Source of the DNA: an uncultured delta proteobacterium
GTDB taxonomy: Bacteria; Desulfobacterota; RBG-13-43-22
Length of the DNA stretch: 64,000 bases
Assembly: GCA_963790475.1 (NCBI GenBank)
Contig: CAWBOS010000010.1
Location: forward strand, 1,856,001 to 1,920,000
Direction of reading: 5' to 3'
Positions 9,502-18,883 of this stretch are shown piece by piece; the first letter of the stretch is position 1, and each line of letters opens with the position of its first letter. The notes under the pieces are model-generated. The model saw only the letters and a list, made by a program, of their open reading frames with translations, was not told the DNA's origin and did not search any database. The translations under genes and the position numbers were made by a program.

Positions 9502-12015
9502 ATGGAACAAAATCCTAATTACCCCAGCCCCACTGGCCAATCCGAACCCGAGGACATCCGTTCCGGGCTCCGCCCGGAGACAATTGCCAAGGCCTTTAAT
9601 GATAATCTGGCCTATCTCTGCGCCCGGTTTCCTGAAGTGGCTACCCGTAACGACCGATACCTGGCCCTGGCCTACACCGTCCGCGACCGCCTTTTACACC
9701 GCTGGACCAACACCGCCCGTACTTACTATCAAATGCGCAGCCGATCGGTGTGTTACCTCTCGGCCGAATTTTTGATGGGACCCCAATTGGGCAACAATCT
9801 GATCAACCTGGGCATTTTTGACCAAGTACGGGAAGCCATGCAGCAATTAGGTCTGGATCTGGACGACTTGCTGGAGCAGGAGGAGGAACCCGGGTTGGGC
9901 AACGGCGGTCTGGGCCGTCTGGCGGCCTGCTATCTGGATTCCCTGGCGACTCAGCAGATCCCTGCCATCGGTTACGGCATCCGTTATGAATTCGGTATTT
10001 TCGACCAGGCCCTTCGGGACGGCTGGCAGGTGGAACTTACCGACAAATGGCTGCGTCTGGGAAATCCCTGGGAAATCGCCCGGCCGGAAATCGTCTTTGA
10101 TGTCCAACTGGGCGGTCACACCGAGACCTATTTTGAAGACGGCCGGCAGCGTGTTCGCTGGATTCCCGATCGCGTCGTCCGGGGAATGGCCTATGACACG
10201 CCCGTGCTCGGCTACGGCGGAAACACCGTGAATCTGCTGCGCCTGTGGAAAGCCGAGGCAGCAGAGTCCTTCGACTTTCAGGCCTTCAACACCGGGGATT
10301 ATTACGGGGCGGTCATGGAAAAAGTGACCTCGGAGAACATCACCAAGGTATTGTACCCCAATGATGAAACGATTCAGGGCAAACAACTCCGTCTCCAACA
10401 GCAATACTTTTTCGCCTCCTGCGCCATGCAGGATATGATCCGCATGTTTCTTCAACAGTCCGGTTCCCTGGACCATTTGCACGAGAAATTCGTGGTGCAA
10501 CTCAACGATACGCACCCCGCCATCGCCGTGGCCGAACTCATGCGCCTATTGGTCGACGAGCATACCCTGCCCTGGGATCAGGCCTGGCAGATCACCCAGA
10601 ACACCTTCGGTTACACCAATCATACCTTGTTGCCTGAAGCGCTGGAGCGCTGGCCCATCCCTCTCTTTGCCGGTTTGCTGCCGCGCCACCTTGAAATCAT
10701 CTTTGAAATCAACCAGCGATTTTTGGACGAAATCCGGCTCCGCTATCCCAATGACGACGCCCGGGTCGCCCGCATGTCGCTCATCGACGAACAAGGACCG
10801 CGTTATGTGCGCATGGCCAACCTGGCCTGCGTAGGCAGCCAGAACATCAACGGAGTAGCCAAGCTACACACGGACCTGCTCAAATCCGGTGTTCTGCACG
10901 ACTTTGTAGACTTTTCACCGGAAAAATTCACCAATGTAACCAACGGCGTTACTCCCAGGCGTTTTCTGCTGCTCAGCAACCCCGGTCTTGCCGGGCTTAT
11001 CACCCGCCGAATCGGAAACCAGTGGATCAAAAACCTCGACGAACTCCAGCGTCTTGAGGGGGCCGTAGAGGACCCCGCCTTTCGAAGAGAATGGAGGGAA
11101 ATCAAACTCCGGAACAAACAGGTCCTGGCCGCTCTGTTCTTGCGCCTTGCCGGCCTGACCGTCAATCCCGACACCCTGTTCGACATCCAAGCCAAACGGA
11201 TCCACGAATACAAACGGCAACACCTGAACCTCCTGCACATCGTTACCCTCTATAACCGGTTACGTCAGAAACCGGAGGTCGACTTTGTTCCGCGCACCTT
11301 CATTTTCAGCGGCAAGGCCGCACCCGGCTACCACATGGCCAAGCTCATCATCAAATTGATCAATTCCGTGGCCGCCGTGGTCAATCAGGACCCGGTGACC
11401 GAAGGCCGATTGAAGGTCGCCTTCTTGCCGAACTTCAATGTCAAGAACGCGCAACGGGTTTATCCGGCGGCCGACCTTTCCGAGCAGATATCCACCGCCG
11501 GGATGGAGGCCTCCGGCACCGGCAACATGAAGTTTTCCATGAATGGGGCCCTCACCATCGGTACTCTGGATGGTGCGAATATCGAAATCCGCAACGAGGT
11601 AGGCCCTGAAAACTTCTTCCTCTTCGGCTTGACCGCCGACCAGGTGCAGGCAGTTAAATCTCTTGGTTACCATCCCCGCGGCTATTATGAGGCGGATCCT
11701 GAACTTAAGGAGGCACTCGACCTGATCGCCTCCGGACACTTTTCCCCCGAAAATCCGGATTTGTTCCTTCCGCTGGTGAATACCCTCCTGAGCCAAGACG
11801 AATACATGGTCCTGGCCGATTACCGGTCTTACCTCGACTGCCAGGAAAAGGTTGCCCAAGCCTATCAGGACCGGGAGAACTGGACGCGCATGTCCATCCT
11901 CAATGTTGCCCGCATGGGATTCTTTTCCTCTGACCGGTCCATCCGGGAATATTGCCAGCGTATCTGGAAGACCTCACCGGTTTCCATAAAACTGGGGGAC
12001 TCAAAAACCGGTTGA
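9502..12015 (+). CDS. glgP: Glycogen/alpha-glucan phosphorylase
   Basis: LGNGGLGRLAAC, QLNDTHP, KRIHEYKRQ, EASGTGNMK PLP motif; 837 aa. Confidence 0.97.
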   Translation: MEQNPNYPSPTGQSEPEDIRSGLRPETIAKAFNDNLAYLCARFPEVATRNDRYLALAYTVRDRLLHRWTNTARTYYQMRSRSVCYLSAEFLMGPQLGNNLINLGIFDQVREAMQQLGLDLDDLLEQEEEPGLGNGGLGRLAACYLDSLATQQIPAIGYGIRYEFGIFDQALRDGWQVELTDKWLRLGNPWEIARPEIVFDVQLGGHTETYFEDGRQRVRWIPDRVVRGMAYDTPVLGYGGNTVNLLRLWKAEAAESFDFQAFNTGDYYGAVMEKVTSENITKVLYPNDETIQGKQLRLQQQYFFASCAMQDMIRMFLQQSGSLDHLHEKFVVQLNDTHPAIAVAELMRLLVDEHTLPWDQAWQITQNTFGYTNHTLLPEALERWPIPLFAGLLPRHLEIIFEINQRFLDEIRLRYPNDDARVARMSLIDEQGPRYVRMANLACVGSQNINGVAKLHTDLLKSGVLHDFVDFSPEKFTNVTNGVTPRRFLLLSNPGLAGLITRRIGNQWIKNLDELQRLEGAVEDPAFRREWREIKLRNKQVLAALFLRLAGLTVNPDTLFDIQAKRIHEYKRQHLNLLHIVTLYNRLRQKPEVDFVPRTFIFSGKAAPGYHMAKLIIKLINSVAAVVNQDPVTEGRLKVAFLPNFNVKNAQRVYPAADLSEQISTAGMEASGTGNMKFSMNGALTIGTLDGANIEIRNEVGPENFFLFGLTADQVQAVKSLGYHPRGYYEADPELKEALDLIASGHFSPENPDLFLPLVNTLLSQDEYMVLADYRSYLDCQEKVAQAYQDRENWTRMSILNVARMGFFSSDRSIREYCQRIWKTSPVSIKLGDSKTG

Positions 12016-12105
12016 TGCCTGATTCGCTCCAGCAGTTCCACTATTCGGTTACCCTGCCCTGACCTCCCAATAACCAAAGGTCAACTCTTTTACCCCTTTT
12101 TCCCC

Positions 12106-12134
12106 TTGACCCACCTCTTGGCTTCTTCTATACT
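12106..12134 (+). promoter_or_regulatory. Sigma70-type promoter (copy 3)
   Basis: TTGACC-17-TATACT. Confidence 0.5.
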
Positions 12135-12342
12135 CTTCCCCTAGGCGAAGAAAATTCTTAATAAATCGCATAAGAAGTCGGATATTGGGGAGGTTCAAGG
12201 AGGATAGGGAGTTTGGAAAAAGTCAGTCAATAATTCTGTTGAAATTATTATAACTTGAATTATAATTTCAATGAGAATATAAGAAAGTTGGGATATTCCT
12301 TGATAGTCACCCCAATAATTGACCGAAAAGAAAGGAGAAATT

Positions 12343-12728
12343 ATGGAAAAGGAAAATGGTAGCGGATTAGTGGAATTATTGGCTTGATATTGATGATCAT
12401 TTCTTTGATGGTTCTCGGCTGTCAGTCTCCTCCACCAGCTCAAACACCTCCTCCGCCCAGCTCATCTCAAAGCCCTGCTCCGGCCGGAACGGTTCAAACA
12501 CCAGCGCCGGCAGGAACAGCCCAAGCTCCTGCGGCTGGGACTCCTTCCCAGGATCCGAATCAGATCCAGGTGGGGATGACCGGAGAACAGGTCCAACAAA
12601 TCATGGGAGCGCCGGGGCAAATCGAACAAAAAGGGGCAATGGTTGAATGGAAATATTATACCCCGCAAGGTAAAGTGGAAGTCAAACTTCAAAACAATAA
12701 GGTGGCCTTTATTGAAAGGGGGCATTAA
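12343..12728 (+). CDS. Lipoprotein, Pro/Ala/Gln linker + SmpA/OmlA(BamE)-like domain (N-terminal frameshift likely)
   Basis: AGGAG RBS + ATG 12343; VLGC lipobox; IQVGMTGEQVQQIMGAP...WKY. Confidence 0.7.
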
Positions 12729-12940
12729 GAGTTATCCCCTGTTGAAACATTGCACTGAGTTGAATATCAGAGAGGGCCCTAACTTTTCATCAAAGGCAGA
12801 TTAGGTCCTCAAAAAATTGTCCACCTTTTTTCGAAAACAACCTCCTTGCCGGCTGGGTTAGGGAAACCGGGTTAGCCGGCTTTCCTGACCCAGGGCAAGG
12901 GAACAGCGAGATGAACCAGGAAGAAAAAAAGGGGAAAATT

Positions 12941-13432
12941 ATGGGAAAAAAAATGATACGGTTTAGTTGGATAATTTTTTTGATTTTGGTATTCCTTTCT
13001 TTGGTGGTGTTTGGCTGTCGACAGGCACCTCCACCGGGTCAAACACCTCCGGGCTCAGCACAAATGCCTCCGGGCGGCTCGGCTCAGATGCCGGCTCCCG
13101 CCGGTACGGTTCAAATGCCCGCTCAGCCCGGCTCAGCACAAATGCCTACTCAGCCCGGCTCGGCTCAAATGCCTGCTCCCGCCAGCTCGGCCCAAATGCC
13201 TGCTCCGGCCGGAACAGTCCAGGTTACCCAGCCTGGGATGCCTTCCCGGGATGCAAATCAGGTTCTGGTGGGGATGACCCCCGAGCAGGTCCAACAAATT
13301 ATGGGTTCCCCGGACCAACTCTACCAAAAAGGATTCATCGAATGGAAATATTCTAATCCACAAGGGGGTAGATCGGATATAAGATTTCAAAACAACAAAG
13401 TGATATTGATTGAAACTTATAAAAACCCATAA
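12941..13432 (+). CDS. Paralogous lipoprotein with GSAQMP repeats + SmpA/OmlA-like domain
   Basis: VFGC lipobox; about 6-7 (G/S)(S/T)(A/V)QMP repeats; VGMTPEQVQQIMGSP...WKY. Confidence 0.75.
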   Translation: MGKKMIRFSWIIFLILVFLSLVVFGCRQAPPPGQTPPGSAQMPPGGSAQMPAPAGTVQMPAQPGSAQMPTQPGSAQMPAPASSAQMPAPAGTVQVTQPGMPSRDANQVLVGMTPEQVQQIMGSPDQLYQKGFIEWKYSNPQGGRSDIRFQNNKVILIETYKNP

Positions 13433-13453
13433 AGACTTTTGTGAGGGATCCTG

Positions 13454-13594
13454 GAGACCTTGAAAAATGTTCAATTTTGACCAGGGTCAAGGAAGACGAT
13501 AATTTTAACCACAGGAATACATTTAGTATTTCGAGGATTAAAATTTGAGTCTGATGCAGAGATTGGGCAAAAGGGGGCGTTTTTCAAAGGTCTC
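13454..13594. mobile_element. MITE-like element, 141 bp
   Basis: Terminal inverted repeats GAGACCTTGAAAAATG / CGTTTTTCAAAGGTCTC; flanking 5-bp direct repeat TCCTG (13449-13453, 13595-13599). Confidence 0.75.
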
Positions 13595-13824
13595 TCCTGA
13601 TCATCCTGGATAAGGGGTGCTTAACCTTTCGGGTTTGTTTATCCCCTTATCCCTTCTCACCAGCCGGGAGGGCAATTAGAAACCCAATTTGAGTTTATTC
13701 AGCAGGAGAATAATTTTTCTATATCCGGGTTATCTGTTATTCTTTTTAGAGAGCGGATCACTTTTAAACAGAGTCGGAAGACCGGTTTGATTGTCCCTAC
13801 AATCAAACCAGAGGAAAAGCCATC

Positions 13825-16800
13825 ATGAACCAGGAAGAAAAATTGGATCAAACCCGATCGAAAAAAGAGGAAATGTTCGGGCAGGACAGCCGAAGAAACC
13901 ATTTCCAAGATAATCATCCTGAGCTTTTTTCCGACCCTGAAAATCTCCCGAAACCTATGGTTGATGAAGGTGAGGCGACGGTCGCTTTTCAGTCTTTCAC
14001 TCATCCGAAGGCCCAATCGCCTTCCAATCTACCCACCCTTGAAGTGGTTACCGGTGAAGCCAATCACAAAATATTATCGCTGGGAAAAGAAAAAATAAAG
14101 ATAGGCCGCTCCGGATACAACGACTTGGTCTTGGCGGACGGAAAAGCCTCTCGAGACCACGCTGAAATATATTTTGAAGAAGGGCAATATTTCATCGAAG
14201 ATTTGAATTCCACCAATGGGGTTTCCGTCAATGACCAGGTGATTCATAAAATCTCCCTCAAGTCCGGGGACCGGATTGCTATCGGAGATACCGTACTTCT
14301 TTTTACCCAAAAAGAACCGGAAATCTCCCTGCGCGAAAAAGAGGCCTTCATCCAAAAGAGCGATCTGTTCAACTGGTTCGATCAGGAAACCAAATTGTTA
14401 TTGGCCCAAAACCTGCTTGTCCGTTTCTTTCCAAAGGAATCCGTCGTTATAAAACAAAACACGCTGGTGGAAAGCATGTATTTTCTTTACTCCGGTGAGA
14501 TTCGTATCGTCGCCGTCAACGAAGAAGGCGGGGAGCGGCCTATCGATCTTTTGAAAGCAGGCGATTTCTTTGGGGAACGGGCCCTCCTGGCCGGAGAATC
14601 GGGCAATAATTCCATGATCGCCACCAAGGACAGCACCCTTTTGGAACTCCGAAAAGAACAATTAAATGAATTACTGCAAAAGAAACCCGATCTGAATCAG
14701 GCTTTCTATCGGATGGTTATGACCAAGCTTCGCTCAGCCCAGCAGGATTCGGATCGCCAGGGGGAGAGAAAGGACAATTTAAAAGATATCATTACCTCGA
14801 CCGATGTCCAGATCATCGGTCAGGACAAAAAGATCCTGGATGCCAAGAAAAAGATAGAGCAACTGGCTAAAGAAGACAAGACGGCCCTTATCATCGGTCC
14901 CACCGGAACCGGTAAAAAAACCTTTGCCCGATACTTCCATAAAGTCAGTCCCCACCCGGAATATCCTTATGTGGAAATCTCCCTGGCCGATCTGGAAGAG
15001 ACCAAGGCCGGGGCTACCCTGTTCGGCATCGAACCCGATCCGGGAGTCACTCACATGAAAGGACAGATAGGCTACCTGGAGATGATTGACACCGGGACCC
15101 TGGCCATTGCCCATGCCGAACTGCTGGATGCCCACCAACAAAGCATATTGGTCACCTATCTCAAGTATGGATGGTTTCATCGGGTCTACGGCCAAAAAAG
15201 TGTCAAGGCCAAGACCAAGGTCGTTTTTCTGGCTTCGGGAGCAGAGGCCGAGGTCATGGAGAAATTTATTCCCGAGCTCCGCGAAGAACTGACCAAACGA
15301 AAGGTCGTTTTACCTCAATTAACCCAACGCCTGAAGGACATTCCCATATTAGCCGACTATTATTTAAAGACTTTTGCCAAGAAAAATGCCAAACGAGTCA
15401 GCGGTCTTTCCCGAGAAGCAACGGAAAAGCTGGTCTCTTATACCTGGCCGGGAAACATCAAAGAATTGAAAAATGTCATCCAAAGGTCGGCTATTGTTTC
15501 TTCTGAAGATGTCATCATTCCCGGCGATCTGATCTTTGTCATCCCCTCGGAAAAAGAAATCCACAAGCTTAATATTCTGCGTCAGGATAAGATCAGGGAT
15601 TTTCTCCGCCATCCGCTGATCCCCAAGGTATTCATCTGGTTCAATATTCTTATGGTGGTGGTGATGGCCGGTTTCACCCTCTACGGAGGCACCAGGCCGG
15701 CAGGTCATCCCCTCCAGGATCCGGCAAACAACCCCGGGATGTTGATCACCTGGCTGATCTGGTTTCCGATCCTGCCTATTTCGGCCTTTCTGATCGGTCG
15801 GATCTGGTGCGGTATGTGCCCGATTGCCGGCATAGGAGACTTTGTCGCTCGGTTTAAAAAATATAATCTGCCGGTCCCCAAGTTTTTGAAATCGATGAAT
15901 TTCTGGCTGGTTATTCTGGCCTTTCTCTTCCTTGAGTATTCGGAAGAATACTTCGGAGTAGCTGATAAGCCTTTGGCCACGGGCATCCTTCTGGTGATTA
16001 TTATCAGCATGTCCGTGCTATTCTGTGTCCTTTTTGAACGGAAGACCTTTTGCCGTTATGTCTGCCCCTTGGCCGCGGTATTGGGGACCTACTCTACGTG
16101 TAGCATTGCCGAAGTCCGGGGAAACAAGAAGATCTGCCAGACTCAATGCGGCCAACATTCCTGTTATAAGGGAACGGAAATGGCTGACGGGTGCCCCATG
16201 TTTTCCTATCCGGCCTCCCTGGCCACCAACACCGAATGTATGATGTGTCTGAATTGCTTAAAGAGCTGTGAAAACAGGGGGGTCCAGGTTAATCTTCGGC
16301 CTCCTCTGCAGGAGCTTTGGCACCAACACCAACCCATATTCGCCATATCTTTTTTGGGGGTTATGCTGATCGGGCTTATGGCCCGCCATCAGTTCACCAA
16401 GTTGACTTATTGGAAAATTTGGGAACAATCCCTGGGATGGAGTGATTTATTCACGACCACCGTCCTCTTCTTCTTTTTTATTTTATTTGCCATTGTTCCC
16501 TTTACCTTGAGTTCGTCTCTTTCGGCCGCCGCTTCTCAGGAAAAAGTCTCTGAAAATATGGCTCATTACGGGCTGGCCTTTATCCCCCTGGCCATGGCCG
16601 GTCATATCGCCCATCTTTCCCATGAAATTCTAAGCGACGGGGTCTATAACCTTATTGCCTATCTCTATAAGTTATATGATAAAATAATTTTTGGAATTCC
16701 CATAGGGAGCCGGGAAATTGTCGTCTCTCATTTTATCAATAGCTCTGTGGTCACCTTTCTCAAAATGATGATCATCATGGCCGCGTTTTTGGGTTCTGTC

Positions 16801-17031
16801 ATTGCCTTAATCATGATCGCCCGCAAGCTGTCGGAAAAAAATGTCTTTGCCAGGATTCTTCCTCACTTGCTGGTTCTTTTTTTCTTTTGGGTGGTTTATT
16901 TGTTCATTTTCTCAGGTGCTACAGGGGAGCCGCCAACGGCCGCATCGACCCTCCCGGCTTCGCCTCCGGCAGTAGGAGGGCCGGTGATCCCCGGAAAACC
17001 ATTAACCCCGTCAGGTCAACCAGGCGGATGA
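13825..17031 (+). CDS. FHA + cNMP-binding + degenerate sigma54-activator-like AAA+ + polytopic membrane 4Fe-4S domain fusion
   Basis: KIGRSGYN...SRDHA...STNG; FFGERALL; GPTGTGKK, WPGNIKEL; GRIWCGMCP, FCRYVCP, CMMCLNCLKSC; many TM helices. Confidence 0.85.
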   Translation: MNQEEKLDQTRSKKEEMFGQDSRRNHFQDNHPELFSDPENLPKPMVDEGEATVAFQSFTHPKAQSPSNLPTLEVVTGEANHKILSLGKEKIKIGRSGYNDLVLADGKASRDHAEIYFEEGQYFIEDLNSTNGVSVNDQVIHKISLKSGDRIAIGDTVLLFTQKEPEISLREKEAFIQKSDLFNWFDQETKLLLAQNLLVRFFPKESVVIKQNTLVESMYFLYSGEIRIVAVNEEGGERPIDLLKAGDFFGERALLAGESGNNSMIATKDSTLLELRKEQLNELLQKKPDLNQAFYRMVMTKLRSAQQDSDRQGERKDNLKDIITSTDVQIIGQDKKILDAKKKIEQLAKEDKTALIIGPTGTGKKTFARYFHKVSPHPEYPYVEISLADLEETKAGATLFGIEPDPGVTHMKGQIGYLEMIDTGTLAIAHAELLDAHQQSILVTYLKYGWFHRVYGQKSVKAKTKVVFLASGAEAEVMEKFIPELREELTKRKVVLPQLTQRLKDIPILADYYLKTFAKKNAKRVSGLSREATEKLVSYTWPGNIKELKNVIQRSAIVSSEDVIIPGDLIFVIPSEKEIHKLNILRQDKIRDFLRHPLIPKVFIWFNILMVVVMAGFTLYGGTRPAGHPLQDPANNPGMLITWLIWFPILPISAFLIGRIWCGMCPIAGIGDFVARFKKYNLPVPKFLKSMNFWLVILAFLFLEYSEEYFGVADKPLATGILLVIIISMSVLFCVLFERKTFCRYVCPLAAVLGTYSTCSIAEVRGNKKICQTQCGQHSCYKGTEMADGCPMFSYPASLATNTECMMCLNCLKSCENRGVQVNLRPPLQELWHQHQPIFAISFLGVMLIGLMARHQFTKLTYWKIWEQSLGWSDLFTTTVLFFFFILFAIVPFTLSSSLSAAASQEKVSENMAHYGLAFIPLAMAGHIAHLSHEILSDGVYNLIAYLYKLYDKIIFGIPIGSREIVVSHFINSSVVTFLKMMIIMAAFLGSVIALIMIARKLSEKNVFARILPHLLVLFFFWVVYLFIFSGATGEPPTAASTLPASPPAVGGPVIPGKPLTPSGQPGG

Positions 17032-17073
17032 AAGAAATATCAATTTAGAAAAGATTTAAGGAGAACTTAGCCG

Positions 17074-18798
17074 ATGATTTCCCCCGGCAATCTTATTGGT
17101 AAAAATATTGATCAATTTCGGCTCGACGAATTTATCGGTCAGGGGGCTATGGGCGTTGTCTATAAGGCCTTTGATAATATCCTTCATCGAACCGTAGCCC
17201 TGAAATTGATTGCTAAAGAAGGCCAACCGGCCACACCAGCCATGATGGAAGCCAGAAGGCGTCTTATTCAGGAGGCCCAGGCCGCCGGCCGTTTGACTCA
17301 CCCCAATATCGTCACCATTCACTCCTATGGAGAGACCGATGAATTTCAATATATCTGCATGGAATTTATTGTCGGCAAGACCCTGGGGGAAATACTTGCC
17401 GAACAAAAAATCCTGCCTGTTGAAGAAGCGATGATCATTATTGAGCAAATTTTAATGGCCCTGGACGTTGCCAACCAGGGACAGATTGTCCACCGGGATA
17501 TTAAACCGACCAATATTATGATCTTGAATGATAAGCAAACCAAAGTTATGGACTTTGGTATCGCTAAGCTTCCATCCCTTTCCATAACTACCACTGGAAC
17601 AGTCCTGGGGACCCCTTATTACATGTCTCCGGAACAAATTTCCGGTCAGAAGGTGGATATCCGTTCGGATATTTTTTCGGTTGGAGCGCTTTTCTATCAG
17701 GTCATTACCGGGGAAAGGCCTTTTGACGGTGAAACCACGATTACCTTGGCCTATAAAATAGTCCAGGTTGAACCCGTACCTCCAAAGATCTTAAATGTCC
17801 ACATCCCTCAAGCCATAGAAAACATCTGCCAAAAGGCCCTGGCCAAAGATCCGACTTTTCGATATCAAACTCCCATGGAGATGTTGGAGGACATCCGGGC
17901 CTTTAAACGCAGAGTGTCGGCATCAAAGCAAGTCCTGGCCGATACGACCATCAGGACAAAGGCCCCTATCCCCGCCCCTACACCCCCGAAAGTAAAAATG
18001 GAAGAGAGAACTCAGATCTCCCCGGGAAGGATGGAAGCCAAACCGAAAGTAGTGCCTATAAAAGAGGCCGAATCGGCCCCTGCCGTGGCTTCCCCCGCGG
18101 TAGATATCCCGGTGCCCCCCCGACCTTCCGTCCCTAAGGCCCCTCCGGCACCAAGCAAGACCCCGGGGACCGCGCTTAAGCCCATAACCTTCGCCATCGT
18201 TTTGTTAATCTTTGTGGTGGTCGGGATTGTCCTGGTTGTTCGTTTTGCAAAAAACAGCCCGCAATACAATCGGCCTGACCAGTTGCCGATCCAAGGGTTG
18301 ACTCAAGTAGCTCCCCCTCCTGCGCCCCCCGAGCAAAGAGCAGCCCCCAATCTGGATTCTTTAATTCTCCAAGCCAAGGATCAATTGAAAATTAATCCGG
18401 CTAATGCCCGAAAGTTGTTAGAACAAGCCCTGGCCATGGACCCTAATAATTTTGAGGCCAACCTTCAATTAGCCCGTCTTTTGACTTTTCAACAAGATTT
18501 CCAAGGGGCCATTCCCCTTTATCAAAAAGCCCAGCAATTGAATAGTCGGATTCCCGAAATCTCTTTTAACCTGGGCTTTATTTACTTGAATCAGGGGAAA
18601 TATGACCAGGCGATAAACTCTTATGCCCTGTGCCGGGCACTATCTCCTCCCTTTCAGGATGAAGTCCTGACCAACATGGGCCTTTGTTATATAAAAAAGA
18701 ATAATTTCCAGCAAGCCCAACTCCTTCTTAGGGAGGCCCTGATGTTGAATCCCAAAAATACCATCGCCCAAAATTACTTAAGATCGATTGGAGGATAG
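17074..18798 (+). CDS. Hanks-type Ser/Thr protein kinase, single TM, C-terminal TPRs
   Basis: GQGAMG, VALK, HRDIKPTN, DFG, GTPYYMSPE; TM FAIVLLIFVVVGIVLVV; TPR repeats. Confidence 0.95.
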   Translation: MISPGNLIGKNIDQFRLDEFIGQGAMGVVYKAFDNILHRTVALKLIAKEGQPATPAMMEARRRLIQEAQAAGRLTHPNIVTIHSYGETDEFQYICMEFIVGKTLGEILAEQKILPVEEAMIIIEQILMALDVANQGQIVHRDIKPTNIMILNDKQTKVMDFGIAKLPSLSITTTGTVLGTPYYMSPEQISGQKVDIRSDIFSVGALFYQVITGERPFDGETTITLAYKIVQVEPVPPKILNVHIPQAIENICQKALAKDPTFRYQTPMEMLEDIRAFKRRVSASKQVLADTTIRTKAPIPAPTPPKVKMEERTQISPGRMEAKPKVVPIKEAESAPAVASPAVDIPVPPRPSVPKAPPAPSKTPGTALKPITFAIVLLIFVVVGIVLVVRFAKNSPQYNRPDQLPIQGLTQVAPPPAPPEQRAAPNLDSLILQAKDQLKINPANARKLLEQALAMDPNNFEANLQLARLLTFQQDFQGAIPLYQKAQQLNSRIPEISFNLGFIYLNQGKYDQAINSYALCRALSPPFQDEVLTNMGLCYIKKNNFQQAQLLLREALMLNPKNTIAQNYLRSIGG

Positions 18799-18883
18799 TC
18801 AATTAAAAATATGGACTCGCTGTTCATGCTCAAATTCAAAAAAGAGCCCGAATTAGACCTCCATATTAAATTTTTTTATACCG

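Noticed and set aside
13825-17031. Functional sigma54 enhancer-binding protein
   Set aside because: No GAFTGA, degenerate Walker B, no HTH
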